64,000 bases of DNA from a virus: positions 32,001 through 96,000 of the IMG/VR virus record IMGVR_UViG_3300042924_004713; one strand, given 5' to 3'. Made by a program: the position numbers and the translations under genes. Position 1 is the stretch's first letter, and every line of letters begins with the position of its first letter. The notes below the pieces were generated by a model. That model was not told the origin of the DNA. It saw nothing but the letters and a program-made list of their open reading frames with translations, and ran no database searches. Positions 20,475 to 29,374 of this stretch are shown piece after piece.

Positions 20475-20788
20475 CTCTAGAAGAAGCAGTTGAACTAATA
20501 GAAAATCTCAACGAAGAAGCACATCAACTGGCATGGGATGCGTGGACCGAAGCAGATGAACTAGGAGACTCCGAAGACGAGGATGACTGGATCGCTGCTG
20601 AAGAAAAACGTGAAGAAGCCAGTGAGGAACAGTCGCAACACTTCAGAGATCTGTATCATGAGTTGTCAGAAGAAGATCAAGCCGGTATTATTAATTGGCT
20701 TCAACAAGACGAAGACTTTAGAGAGCAGTTTTCTTCGTGGTTTGGTGATGATCAATATCAAATTGAGTTTGATTTTTTAGAAGACTAA
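20471..20788 (+). CDS. Highly acidic hypothetical protein
   Basis: D/E-rich 105-aa ORF. Confidence 0.7.
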   Translation: MTLEEAVELIENLNEEAHQLAWDAWTEADELGDSEDEDDWIAAEEKREEASEEQSQHFRDLYHELSEEDQAGIINWLQQDEDFREQFSSWFGDDQYQIEFDFLED

Positions 20789-20869
20789 ATATCAATCACA
20801 GCGGCCTTCCTGGCTCTTCATCCCGCTTTACAAATTCTGCAGGCCTATATTAACTTATAGGAGAATTAC
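20786..20869 (+). promoter_or_regulatory. Structured queD 5' UTR (riboswitch-like)
   Basis: TAAATA promoter; AGCGG/CCGCT stem, alternative GGCCT/AGGCC pairing, anti-SD hairpin CCTATA/TATAGG. Confidence 0.5.
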
Positions 20870-21388
20870 GTGCTTTACCTAAATGAAACACAACCCCCAA
20901 GAACTTACAAATATGTAAGCACCAAAGAGTATCATGATGCTTTTCCCTGTGCGTATCGCCAATGGCGTGCGGATAGTCATTGTAACTTGATTCATGGTTA
21001 CAGTTTTAGCATGAAGTTCTACTTTGGCACAGATCTACTTGATGTGCGCAACTGGGCAGCTGACTATGGCGGCCTTAAAGAGCTTAAAAAGATTCTAGAA
21101 GATCAATTTGATCATACCTTGCTAGTAGCCATGGATGACCCAGAACTAGAAACATTCAAATTACTGCAAGAAAAGAAGTTAGCCAAACTTACTATTCTTC
21201 CTAGACTAGGCTGCGAAGGCCTAGCCGATATGCTGTACAAGTATGTGAATGGCGTGTATATTCCTGATATGTGGGGGCCTGGAGAGTCTGAAAGACTTTG
21301 GTGCTTCCGTGTGGAAGTACGCGAAACACAAAGCAACATGGCGTTCCGTGAGGGTCACCGTGAATGGGATGAAGATCTGTTTGCGTAA
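20870..21388 (+). CDS. queD: 6-carboxy-5,6,7,8-tetrahydropterin synthase
   Basis: SHCNLIHGYS, DYGGLK, FDHTLL, VEVRET. Confidence 0.88.
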   Translation: MLYLNETQPPRTYKYVSTKEYHDAFPCAYRQWRADSHCNLIHGYSFSMKFYFGTDLLDVRNWAADYGGLKELKKILEDQFDHTLLVAMDDPELETFKLLQEKKLAKLTILPRLGCEGLADMLYKYVNGVYIPDMWGPGESERLWCFRVEVRETQSNMAFREGHREWDEDLFA

Positions 21389-21539
21389 TTTTTGGAGACT
21401 ATGGGCCAAAGCCCTAGGAGAAAAAGCCACTCAATCTGATTCTGAATCTGACAAAGTGGCTTTGATTCGCTCTGGTATTGTACTGATCTACATTGTCACA
21501 AATTTTTTTATCATAGCAGGTATTATTAGGCACTGGTAG
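21381..21539 (+). CDS. Small membrane protein
   Basis: WRLWAKALGEKA plus a hydrophobic C-terminal helix. Confidence 0.6.
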   Translation: MRNFWRLWAKALGEKATQSDSESDKVALIRSGIVLIYIVTNFFIIAGIIRHW

Positions 21540-21557
21540 TGTGCTAGGAGTAAACAT

Positions 21558-21773
21558 ATGAGTCAACGTATTCAAGAACTTGCCGATCAAGCCAAAGAGT
21601 CAGTGCCAAAAAATATACTGGCTCCTGATCTATGGATAAAAGAATACAATCGAATATTTGCGGAATTGATCATCAAAGAATGTGCTGGTCAGTTTAATCT
21701 TGTGTATACTGACGAGCAGTATCAACGTAGAATAGACAAAACTATACTCAAACATTTTGGCTTGTACGCATGA
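21558..21773 (+). CDS. Hypothetical protein
   Basis: 71 aa, AGGAG SD. Confidence 0.65.
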   Translation: MSQRIQELADQAKESVPKNILAPDLWIKEYNRIFAELIIKECAGQFNLVYTDEQYQRRIDKTILKHFGLYA

Positions 21774-22009
21774 GATACTGGACCATATGTTATCCTGATC
21801 GTCATCCCACACAAGACTTTGATATTGATCGCTGGGAGACTCTGTCAGATCAGGAGATACTGGATTCCTATTGGGATTATTGGTCAGGTAAAATGCTTGA
21901 AAAAGGTCCTAATGATTCTTGCACCTATGAGAACTGCATTACTGATTGGTGTATTGTACACTGGGCAGCTCGCAATCGTTGGCGTGAAATCAAGGAGTAC
22001 TATGAATGA
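21770..22009 (+). CDS. Hypothetical protein
   Basis: Coupled ORF. Confidence 0.6.
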   Translation: MRYWTICYPDRHPTQDFDIDRWETLSDQEILDSYWDYWSGKMLEKGPNDSCTYENCITDWCIVHWAARNRWREIKEYYE

Positions 22010-22263
22010 AACCCTTGATCTATAAGTTTCATCATTGGGCCAAGATTTGGGAACGAATCAAACAAGATAATCCTCCCAGTGTATATCTCATACGCAGCAA
22101 CATGCGGAAGACGCTGGGATTCACAGTGCGTGAGCATTTACACTTTGACAGAGAAAGTCATAGCTATCGGCCTGAGGTACATCTAGATTTTTATGGTGAA
22201 AAGTACCTTAGTCATTTTTTACTCAAGTACGGAAATATCAAACATCATGACGAGACCAAGTGA
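22006..22263 (+). CDS. Hypothetical protein
   Basis: Coupled ORF. Confidence 0.6.
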   Translation: MKPLIYKFHHWAKIWERIKQDNPPSVYLIRSNMRKTLGFTVREHLHFDRESHSYRPEVHLDFYGEKYLSHFLLKYGNIKHHDETK

Positions 22264-22579
22264 TTTCCCTGACTTTGATCGAGCCTACAAGTCGGTGCTG
22301 TTACCAGACAATCCTGACAGGTTTGACCATATAGCGGCACAGGCTAATTTTAATATCTATCACAACGATCTTTGGCGCGGCACAGCGCGACGATTCGCTG
22401 AGTACATCGTGGAAGAGTGTGCGCAGTGCTGTGGAAGCCAGGCAGACAAAAAGGCCATACGAAAAAGATTTGGTTTGCCTATTGAAGATCCAGTGAAATA
22501 TCCGGGACCGGATCCCTTGGGCAGTGTACAATCTCAATATGCCCGAGAGTATAATCTTCCAAAAACAGATGAAACCTAG
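22247..22579 (+). CDS. Hypothetical protein
   Basis: 110-aa ORF. Confidence 0.55.
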   Translation: MTRPSDFPDFDRAYKSVLLPDNPDRFDHIAAQANFNIYHNDLWRGTARRFAEYIVEECAQCCGSQADKKAIRKRFGLPIEDPVKYPGPDPLGSVQSQYAREYNLPKTDET

Positions 22580-23684
22580 CCATTTTTATTTTGACAATCG
22601 CATTCTAGAAAAAGAACAACTGCTGTTCAATCATGCTCGTTATGTGGGACATGAACTGTTGGTTCCTGGCCTGGGTAACTATGCTGTGATCCCACAGGAA
22701 GGCGATGGTAGAATGTTGATCAACAACAGTGATGGCGTGCAACTCATGAGCAATGTGTGCAGACATCGACAAGCAACTATCTTGCAGGGATCAGGACATC
22801 ATGCACAAATTGTTTGCCCACTGCATGGTTGGACCTATGACAATCACGGCAAGCTCATTGGTGCGCCTTTTTTTGATCCATGCCCAGATCGACATTTACA
22901 AAAGTTTACCACTCAATCCTGGCATGGATTGATATTTGAACAAGGTCATTTTGATCTGGTAAAAGCACTAGATCAAATCACTCACAAGTCTTATTTTAAC
23001 TTTAACAACTATGCGTTTCACAGCCGCCAGCAGCATTGGTGCAACTATAATTGGAAGACCTTTGTTGAAGTATACTTAGAAGACTATCATGTGGATGCAT
23101 TTCATCCAGGACTAGGTAACTTTGTAGATTGCAAACAGCTTACTTGGCAATTCAATGATCACTACAGTGTGCAGAGTGTGGGGATCAAACAGCGTTTACA
23201 GACTCCGGGCACACCTGTGTATCGTACCTGGCACAAAGCAGTAACTGACAGATGCCGTCCAAATCTACCAGACTATGGAGCCATTTGGTTGTTGATATAT
23301 CCCAACGTCATGGTAGAGTGGTATCCAGAGGTCTTGGTAATCAGCAGTGTATGGCCAGAGTCACCACAACGAACTTTGAACATAGTGGACTTTTACTATC
23401 CCGAAGAAATCGCACACTTTGAAGCAGATTTCGTAGAAGCACATCAAGCTGCCTACATGGAGACCTGCTACGAAGATGATGAAATAGCTGAACGCATGGA
23501 TCGCGGTCGTAGGCATCTTGACAGTCGAGGAGCCAATGACACAGGTCCTGTACAAGATCCTATGGAAACAGGACTAAAGAAATTTCATGATTACTACGAC
23601 CAATGGATTTTTACAGAACAACATAGAGCGTATGTCGCGCCGCGCATTGAAGATCCAGGCAGCGAAGGCGGAACATTGGATTGA
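22569..23684 (+). CDS. Rieske non-heme iron oxygenase, alpha subunit
   Basis: NVCRHR...CPLHGWTY Rieske motif; NWK...EDYHVDAFH; ED iron site. Confidence 0.92.
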   Translation: MKPSHFYFDNRILEKEQLLFNHARYVGHELLVPGLGNYAVIPQEGDGRMLINNSDGVQLMSNVCRHRQATILQGSGHHAQIVCPLHGWTYDNHGKLIGAPFFDPCPDRHLQKFTTQSWHGLIFEQGHFDLVKALDQITHKSYFNFNNYAFHSRQQHWCNYNWKTFVEVYLEDYHVDAFHPGLGNFVDCKQLTWQFNDHYSVQSVGIKQRLQTPGTPVYRTWHKAVTDRCRPNLPDYGAIWLLIYPNVMVEWYPEVLVISSVWPESPQRTLNIVDFYYPEEIAHFEADFVEAHQAAYMETCYEDDEIAERMDRGRRHLDSRGANDTGPVQDPMETGLKKFHDYYDQWIFTEQHRAYVAPRIEDPGSEGGTLD

Positions 23685-23691
23685 TCAGATC

Positions 23692-23976
23692 ATGCCCATA
23701 GCTCGAATACCCAACTCATTGCTGCAAGAAGTAGGACAATGGAGTTTGATACGCTCGGAGATCAACAAAACCATTGCAGAGCAAAACAATCACGCTAATT
23801 ATCAGCAGCAGCAACGTATTGATCAACTGCATGAGGCACGTAGAATTCTACGTAACTACCACTATCAGAAAGACACTGAATGGATACGCAATTACGAATT
23901 CTATGAGTCGATCAAAGAACAACGCCTACTAGCAAGACACACCGTGAGAGGTATTTTTGTCGATCGTTACGTTTAA
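23692..23976 (+). CDS. Hypothetical protein
   Basis: 94-aa ORF. Confidence 0.55.
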   Translation: MPIARIPNSLLQEVGQWSLIRSEINKTIAEQNNHANYQQQQRIDQLHEARRILRNYHYQKDTEWIRNYEFYESIKEQRLLARHTVRGIFVDRYV

Positions 23977-23996
23977 ATTACAAGCAAGGAAACAGA

Positions 23997-24833
23997 ATGG
24001 AAAATTCCAAAAATCACAAATTTGATATAGCAGTGTTGCTGCCTACTAGAGGTCGTACCACTGCACTGATGCGCAGCATCATGAGTCTAGTTAATAGAAC
24101 AAGAAATCTTGATCGTATTCAATTCTTTATTGGGCTTGATGAAGATGACACAGTGGGTATAAACTATTGGCAGACCGAAGTAGAACCATTGCTGCGTCAA
24201 CGCTCTGCTAACTTTACTGCCATGGTATTTGAGCCTTTGGGATATATCAGACTCAACGAATATGTAACCGAACTAGCCAAACATTCGGATAGCAAGTGGT
24301 TGATGTTCTGGAATGACGATGCAATCATGGAGAGTCAGAACTGGGACGAGGAAATAATGAAATATCAAGGACAGTTCAAGGTGCTAGCAGTACACACGCA
24401 TCGTGAACATCCTTATAGCATTTTCCCCATAGTGCCAAGAGATTGGCTGGATCTTTTTGGTTACATGAGTCCACATCAACTCAGCGATGCTTGGATCAGT
24501 CAGATAGGATATTTGGTTGATATCTGGGAACGCATACCAGTTTGGGTCACACATGATCGTTTTGACCTCACCGGCAACAACAACGATGACACGTACAATA
24601 ATCGTCCTCAATTAGAAAATCAACCTGACAATCCAGAAGATTTTCACAGCAACAAATGGCACACTCGCAGAGTCAATGATGCTGAACGTTTGAGTCAACT
24701 GTTGGCTTCTAGAGGCATTGATCAAACTTGGTGGGAAAATTGCAAATCAGGCAAACAAGATCCCTGGGTCAAACTCAGTGCTAACGACATAAACAAACAA
24801 ATGACACAAACGAGAACAGTTAATGGCCAATAA
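23997..24833 (+). CDS. GT-A (GT2-like) glycosyltransferase
   Basis: IAVLLPTRGR; WNDD DxD-type motif. Confidence 0.8.
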   Translation: MENSKNHKFDIAVLLPTRGRTTALMRSIMSLVNRTRNLDRIQFFIGLDEDDTVGINYWQTEVEPLLRQRSANFTAMVFEPLGYIRLNEYVTELAKHSDSKWLMFWNDDAIMESQNWDEEIMKYQGQFKVLAVHTHREHPYSIFPIVPRDWLDLFGYMSPHQLSDAWISQIGYLVDIWERIPVWVTHDRFDLTGNNNDDTYNNRPQLENQPDNPEDFHSNKWHTRRVNDAERLSQLLASRGIDQTWWENCKSGKQDPWVKLSANDINKQMTQTRTVNGQ

Positions 24834-25605
24834 CAGTGAACTGGTAGAAAAAATTCAAGCCTATTGGGACAGGCAACCCTGTAACATTAGGCATAGTCAA
24901 AAACCTCTAGGCAGCGTAGAATACTTTGAAGAAGTCACAGCTCGTCGCTATAGAGTTGAGCCTCATATCTTGGACTTTGCGCAGTTTCATCGCTGGCAGG
25001 GCAAGAGAGTATTAGAAATTGGCTGTGGTATTGGCACTGATGCCGAGCAGTTTGTGCGTCATGGTGCAGAATATGTGGGCATTGACATATCAGATGCCAG
25101 TCTACAAATCTGTCGTGAAAGATTCAAGGTCATGGATCTTCATGGAGAATTCCACAATGTAAACCTATTGGATCCAGATCACATGGATCTTGGTCAGTTT
25201 GATCTTGTGTACAGTTATGGAGTCATACATCATAGTCCAGACATTGATCATCACATCACTGAGATACACAAGCTTTTGCGACCAAACGGTGAGTTTAGAT
25301 TCATGGTCTATGCCAAGAATTCATGGAAATATGCCATGATTCAAAAAGGACTTGATCAGTTTGAAGCACAAGCAGAATGTCCTTATGCTGAGGCCTTTAC
25401 TAGAGATGAAATTGAGGACATGTTAGATGGAATTTTTGACATCGAACGTATTAGACAAGCGCACTGTTTCATGTATAATGTAGCTGCATATCGCGAAGGT
25501 AGATATGAACTTGAACCCTGGTTTGCAGCAATGAGTGACACTATGCGTGATGCTGTGAGAGAATATCTGGGTTGGCATCTTTTGGTCAAGGCACGTAAAA
25601 AATGA
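24823..25605 (+). CDS. Class I SAM-dependent methyltransferase
   Basis: VLEIGCGIG, FDLVYSYGVIHH, LRPNG. Confidence 0.9.
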   Translation: MANNSELVEKIQAYWDRQPCNIRHSQKPLGSVEYFEEVTARRYRVEPHILDFAQFHRWQGKRVLEIGCGIGTDAEQFVRHGAEYVGIDISDASLQICRERFKVMDLHGEFHNVNLLDPDHMDLGQFDLVYSYGVIHHSPDIDHHITEIHKLLRPNGEFRFMVYAKNSWKYAMIQKGLDQFEAQAECPYAEAFTRDEIEDMLDGIFDIERIRQAHCFMYNVAAYREGRYELEPWFAAMSDTMRDAVREYLGWHLLVKARKK

Positions 25606-26168
25606 AAAAAATTCATATTTCTGACAAAGAAGTACGAGGCATGGTATTGGATATCCTGCGTCAAATGACTCAAGATCGTTGGCTTCCGGACTATGTGGTT
25701 GGACTCACTCGTGGTGGACTTGTACCTGCTAACATGATAAGCCAGTACTTGAAAGTGCCCATGGAGACTCTCAAGGTCAGCCTGCGTGACCAAAATTCTG
25801 AACCCGAAAGTAATCTGTGGATGGCCGAGGATGCATTTGGTTACATACCTCAAGAACAGCGAGGTGCGTCAGGAACAGTGACTGATCCTGCACTGCGCAA
25901 AAAAATCTTGATTGTGGACGATATCAACGACAGCGGCGCTACATTCAACTGGATTACCAAAGATTGGCCATCTGGCTGTATGCCAAATGAAACACATGTT
26001 TGGCGAGCTATTTGGAATCATTCGGTGAGATTTGCTGTGTTGGTAGACAACGCCAGCAGCAAGTCTGAGGTTTCTATGAACTATAGTGCTCGTACAATCA
26101 ACAAGTTCGAAGATCCTAGTTGGATTGTTTTTCCCTGGGAGCAATGGTGGCATCCAACAAAAATTTGA
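25602..26168 (+). CDS. Purine-type phosphoribosyltransferase
   Basis: VVGLTRGG; ILIVDDINDSGAT PRPP loop; WIVFPWE. Confidence 0.9.
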   Translation: MKKIHISDKEVRGMVLDILRQMTQDRWLPDYVVGLTRGGLVPANMISQYLKVPMETLKVSLRDQNSEPESNLWMAEDAFGYIPQEQRGASGTVTDPALRKKILIVDDINDSGATFNWITKDWPSGCMPNETHVWRAIWNHSVRFAVLVDNASSKSEVSMNYSARTINKFEDPSWIVFPWEQWWHPTKI

Positions 26169-26193
26169 CACAACACACTAACTCAAGTATAAT
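26165..26193 (+). promoter_or_regulatory. Sigma70 promoter; predicts a leaderless queE mRNA
   Basis: Perfect TTGACA-N17-TATAAT, ATG 6 nt downstream. Confidence 0.8.
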
Positions 26194-26199
26194 CTACAC

Positions 26200-27066
26200 A
26201 TGGAAAAGATAACCTATACTGAAATTTTCTACAGCCTACAAGGCGAAGGAATGTATGCTGGCGTGCCCAGCATTTTCTTTCGTACCTATGGTTGTAACTT
26301 TAGATGCCGTAAATTTGGTAGATCACAAGATGAACAGATTGACGGACATAATCCTGAAGTGGTTGAAATCATCAAAAACATTGCACAGTACAATAAATTT
26401 GAAGACCTACCTCTGGTGACCACAGGATGCGATACCTATGCGTCAATCTATCCCGAGTTCAAGCGTTTCAATCAACAAGAAACAGTGTCAACCATTGCTG
26501 ATCAAATCCATGCACTATTGCCTGGTAACGTATGGCAAGATTCACATTTGATCATCACAGGTGGTGAGCCCTTGCTGGCCTATCAACAACTGTATCCGGA
26601 ACTCTTAGAACTGTGTAGAGCCAAGGGACTGCGACATCTTACATTTGAAACCAACGGTACTCAAAAGATCTATCCTGAAGTAGAAGAATATCTGTTTCAA
26701 GAGTTCACAAGACATGGACGCGACTTTGAGAACTTGACATTCAGTGTGAGTCCTAAACTGCCGTGTTCTGGTGAACCGTTTGAACGAGCCATACAACCTG
26801 AAGTTGTGCATCAATACGCATTGTATGGTCGAGTATACTTGAAATTTGTAGTGGCTACTCAGCAAGACGTAGAAGACGCAGAACGTGCTGTGGCCGAGTA
26901 TCGCAAACACAACGTGAACTGTCCAGTGTATCTCATGCCTGTGGGTGGTGTACCACAGGTGTATAACTTGAATACTCAACAGGTTGCACAGCTAGCACTG
27001 GAGAGAGGATGGCGTTACAGTCCAAGGCTACAAGTTGATATTTGGCGCAACGCATGGGGAACGTAA
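26200..27066 (+). CDS. queE: 7-carboxy-7-deazaguanine synthase (radical SAM)
   Basis: EIFYSLQGEG, GCNFRC...GCDT, ITGGEP, ETNG, SPKL, SPRLQ. Confidence 0.92.
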   Translation: MEKITYTEIFYSLQGEGMYAGVPSIFFRTYGCNFRCRKFGRSQDEQIDGHNPEVVEIIKNIAQYNKFEDLPLVTTGCDTYASIYPEFKRFNQQETVSTIADQIHALLPGNVWQDSHLIITGGEPLLAYQQLYPELLELCRAKGLRHLTFETNGTQKIYPEVEEYLFQEFTRHGRDFENLTFSVSPKLPCSGEPFERAIQPEVVHQYALYGRVYLKFVVATQQDVEDAERAVAEYRKHNVNCPVYLMPVGGVPQVYNLNTQQVAQLALERGWRYSPRLQVDIWRNAWGT

Positions 27067-27205
27067 GCAGTCCTTGTGTGAATATCTGTCGCATGCAAAA
27101 CAACATCTGTATAGGCTGCTTGAGAACATTAGAAGAAATAGCCAATTGGCTTTATTATAGTGATCAAGAGAAACAGGAAATATTACAACAACTGGAGACA
27201 AGAAA

Positions 27206-27433
27206 ATGACAGAAACCAAACAACGTACCATTGCTAGAATGGTAAGCTATCGCATCACAGCCTGGCTGTTTACTATCTTCTGGACTTGGTTGTTCACAGA
27301 AGATGTAGCATCTGCCACAACGTTTGCCACTGCCTTGCATATCTTGCTCAGTATTGATTATTACATTCACGAACGTGTATGGCTAAAGATCAAATGGGGC
27401 AAAATAACGGACAAAGATCATGGGACTGTTTGA
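27206..27433 (+). CDS. DUF2061-like membrane protein
   Basis: ETKQRTIAR..SYRI..YYIHERVW.KIKWG. Confidence 0.75.
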   Translation: MTETKQRTIARMVSYRITAWLFTIFWTWLFTEDVASATTFATALHILLSIDYYIHERVWLKIKWGKITDKDHGTV

Positions 27434-27827
27434 TAAATTTTTTAAATCTAAACCAGAAAAGTCAGTGCAACCACGCACTAGCGAGACTGAGCATAGACCA
27501 CCTCCAGCACGTAAAAAAACTGCCAAGGAACTGGCCACTGAACGTGGAGAAGCCTATGTTGGTATTGTGAGTTTTGATCTTAATGCTGACGACATCAACT
27601 CAGGCAGTTTTGAACTAGAGTGGAATGACAAATTTATCACAAATCTTGTGCGTGCTGGATATCAAATGAAGCCAAACGAGCCCGAAGACGTGATTGTGGA
27701 TCGTTGGTTTCAAAACATCTGCCGAAATGTTGTAATGGAAACCTGGGAACAGGAACAAGCAATGCGTGCCTCGGGTATCTATGTGCGTACCACTGACATA
27801 GGCAATGGTCGCAGCGAGGTTTCATGA
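27420..27827 (+). CDS. Hypothetical protein
   Basis: 135-aa ORF. Confidence 0.65.
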   Translation: MGLFDKFFKSKPEKSVQPRTSETEHRPPPARKKTAKELATERGEAYVGIVSFDLNADDINSGSFELEWNDKFITNLVRAGYQMKPNEPEDVIVDRWFQNICRNVVMETWEQEQAMRASGIYVRTTDIGNGRSEVS

Positions 27828-28015
27828 TTGAACGTGAACGCATAAACTATCTACTACTGAGTGCGCTGGGCAGTGCAGAACTAGTTTACCAATGGTGGCA
27901 TTCCAGAAATGCGGCTTTTGAATACGCTACACCTGAAGAGATCTGGCAGGAAGCACCTGAACGTGTGGCCAATTATGTGATACGAGCAGTAAACGTGGGA
28001 GGAGATTACTTTTGA
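27824..28015 (+). CDS. Hypothetical protein (weak MbcA/ParS C-terminal resemblance)
   Basis: QWWHSRNAAFEYATPEE. Confidence 0.5.
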   Translation: MIERERINYLLLSALGSAELVYQWWHSRNAAFEYATPEEIWQEAPERVANYVIRAVNVGGDYF

Positions 28016-28485
28016 TTTTTAATCATATCAAAACTCTCAAAGAACAAGGCAAGCGTATAGGCATAACTTTTAGCACGTTTGATCTGTTGCATGCAGGGCA
28101 TGTGGCCATGTTGGCCGAAGCTAAGAATCACTGTGACTATTTGATTGCAGGTCTACAAACTGATCCAACCATTGATAGACCTGATACTAAAAATGCTCCA
28201 ATACAAAGCATTGTTGAGCGGCAGATTCAACTAGCTGCCTGTAGATATGTTGACGAAGTCGTGGTGTATCAAACCGAACAGGATCTAATTGATCTGCTGC
28301 TGATCTTGCCCTTGGATGTTAGAATACTGGGTGTAGAATACAAAGAACGTTCGTTCACTGGTGACAACGAATGTTATAATCGTGGTATCGAACTGGTTTT
28401 CAATTCTAGAGATCATAGTTTTTCCAGTTCCAGTCTTCGCAAACGTGTGATACATGCCGAAACACAACGTGCTCTGCAGTCATGA
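28012..28485 (+). CDS. Cytidylyltransferase (TagD-like)
   Basis: FDLLHAGH; SSSSLR. Confidence 0.9.
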   Translation: MIFNHIKTLKEQGKRIGITFSTFDLLHAGHVAMLAEAKNHCDYLIAGLQTDPTIDRPDTKNAPIQSIVERQIQLAACRYVDEVVVYQTEQDLIDLLLILPLDVRILGVEYKERSFTGDNECYNRGIELVFNSRDHSFSSSSLRKRVIHAETQRALQS

Positions 28486-28691
28486 GACGATACTTCGCTA
28501 GCACATTCAATATCACTGACACTGATATGGATATCATGGAGCACATACGTTGGTGCAGAAATAATCTAGGTGAACGTGGCCGTGACTGGGACTTCAGCGG
28601 CAATAACCGACGAGTACAGGTCTGGGTCAGAGAAGGGTCGCCTCAATTTACTTTTTACGAACTAAAATATGGTAGTCTACGTCAACGGTGA
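28482..28691 (+). CDS. Hypothetical protein
   Basis: Coupled ORF. Confidence 0.55.
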   Translation: MRRYFASTFNITDTDMDIMEHIRWCRNNLGERGRDWDFSGNNRRVQVWVREGSPQFTFYELKYGSLRQR

Positions 28692-29367
28692 TAGTCATGC
28701 TGCTGCGGCCGAAGCAGCGGTGCCATTTGGTTGGGCCGAAGACGATCCCTTTTATTATGGCATGGGCAAAAGACCACACCCTGAAAATGAACGTGTGAGT
28801 TTTGGTTGTGAGATAGCCAATCGTCTACATGCTATCTTGGACATAGATGCACAGTCCGGAGCCAGTAATGCCAGAATCATGCGCACCACTAGGCAATGGT
28901 TGGATCATGCACAACCCAGTGCCAAAGACCTTGTGATAATTCAATGGAGTACCTGGGAACGCGAAGAGTGGTTGATTGATGGTGAATACTACCAAGTGGG
29001 CGCATCAGGCACTGATTCAGTTCCCGAATCACACCAAGACCAATACAAAGAATTTGTTCAAAAGGTGGATTGGGTGGCCTGTAGAAATCATTGGCACCGA
29101 GCTATATGGAATCTACACTGTGAACTAGCCGAGCAAAAAGTTCCACATTTATTCTTCAACGGTAATAACCATTTCCTAGGCGAAACTGAGTTGTTGGACT
29201 GGCAACACAGTTTTATTGGGCCCTATGATCCAAACAGCACCTACGATGCCCTACTGCGCCTAAATGGTTACAAACCTGTTAACAGTCACAGCTGGCATTT
29301 TGGAGCAGATGCCCATTGCTTTTGGGCGGATTATGTGCTACAATATGTTCACGATCATATACTCTAG
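28669..29367 (+). CDS. SGNH-hydrolase-like protein
   Basis: VNGDSH, GASN, HFGADAH. Confidence 0.6.
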   Translation: MVVYVNGDSHAAAAEAAVPFGWAEDDPFYYGMGKRPHPENERVSFGCEIANRLHAILDIDAQSGASNARIMRTTRQWLDHAQPSAKDLVIIQWSTWEREEWLIDGEYYQVGASGTDSVPESHQDQYKEFVQKVDWVACRNHWHRAIWNLHCELAEQKVPHLFFNGNNHFLGETELLDWQHSFIGPYDPNSTYDALLRLNGYKPVNSHSWHFGADAHCFWADYVLQYVHDHIL

Positions 29368-29374
29368 GTGACCT

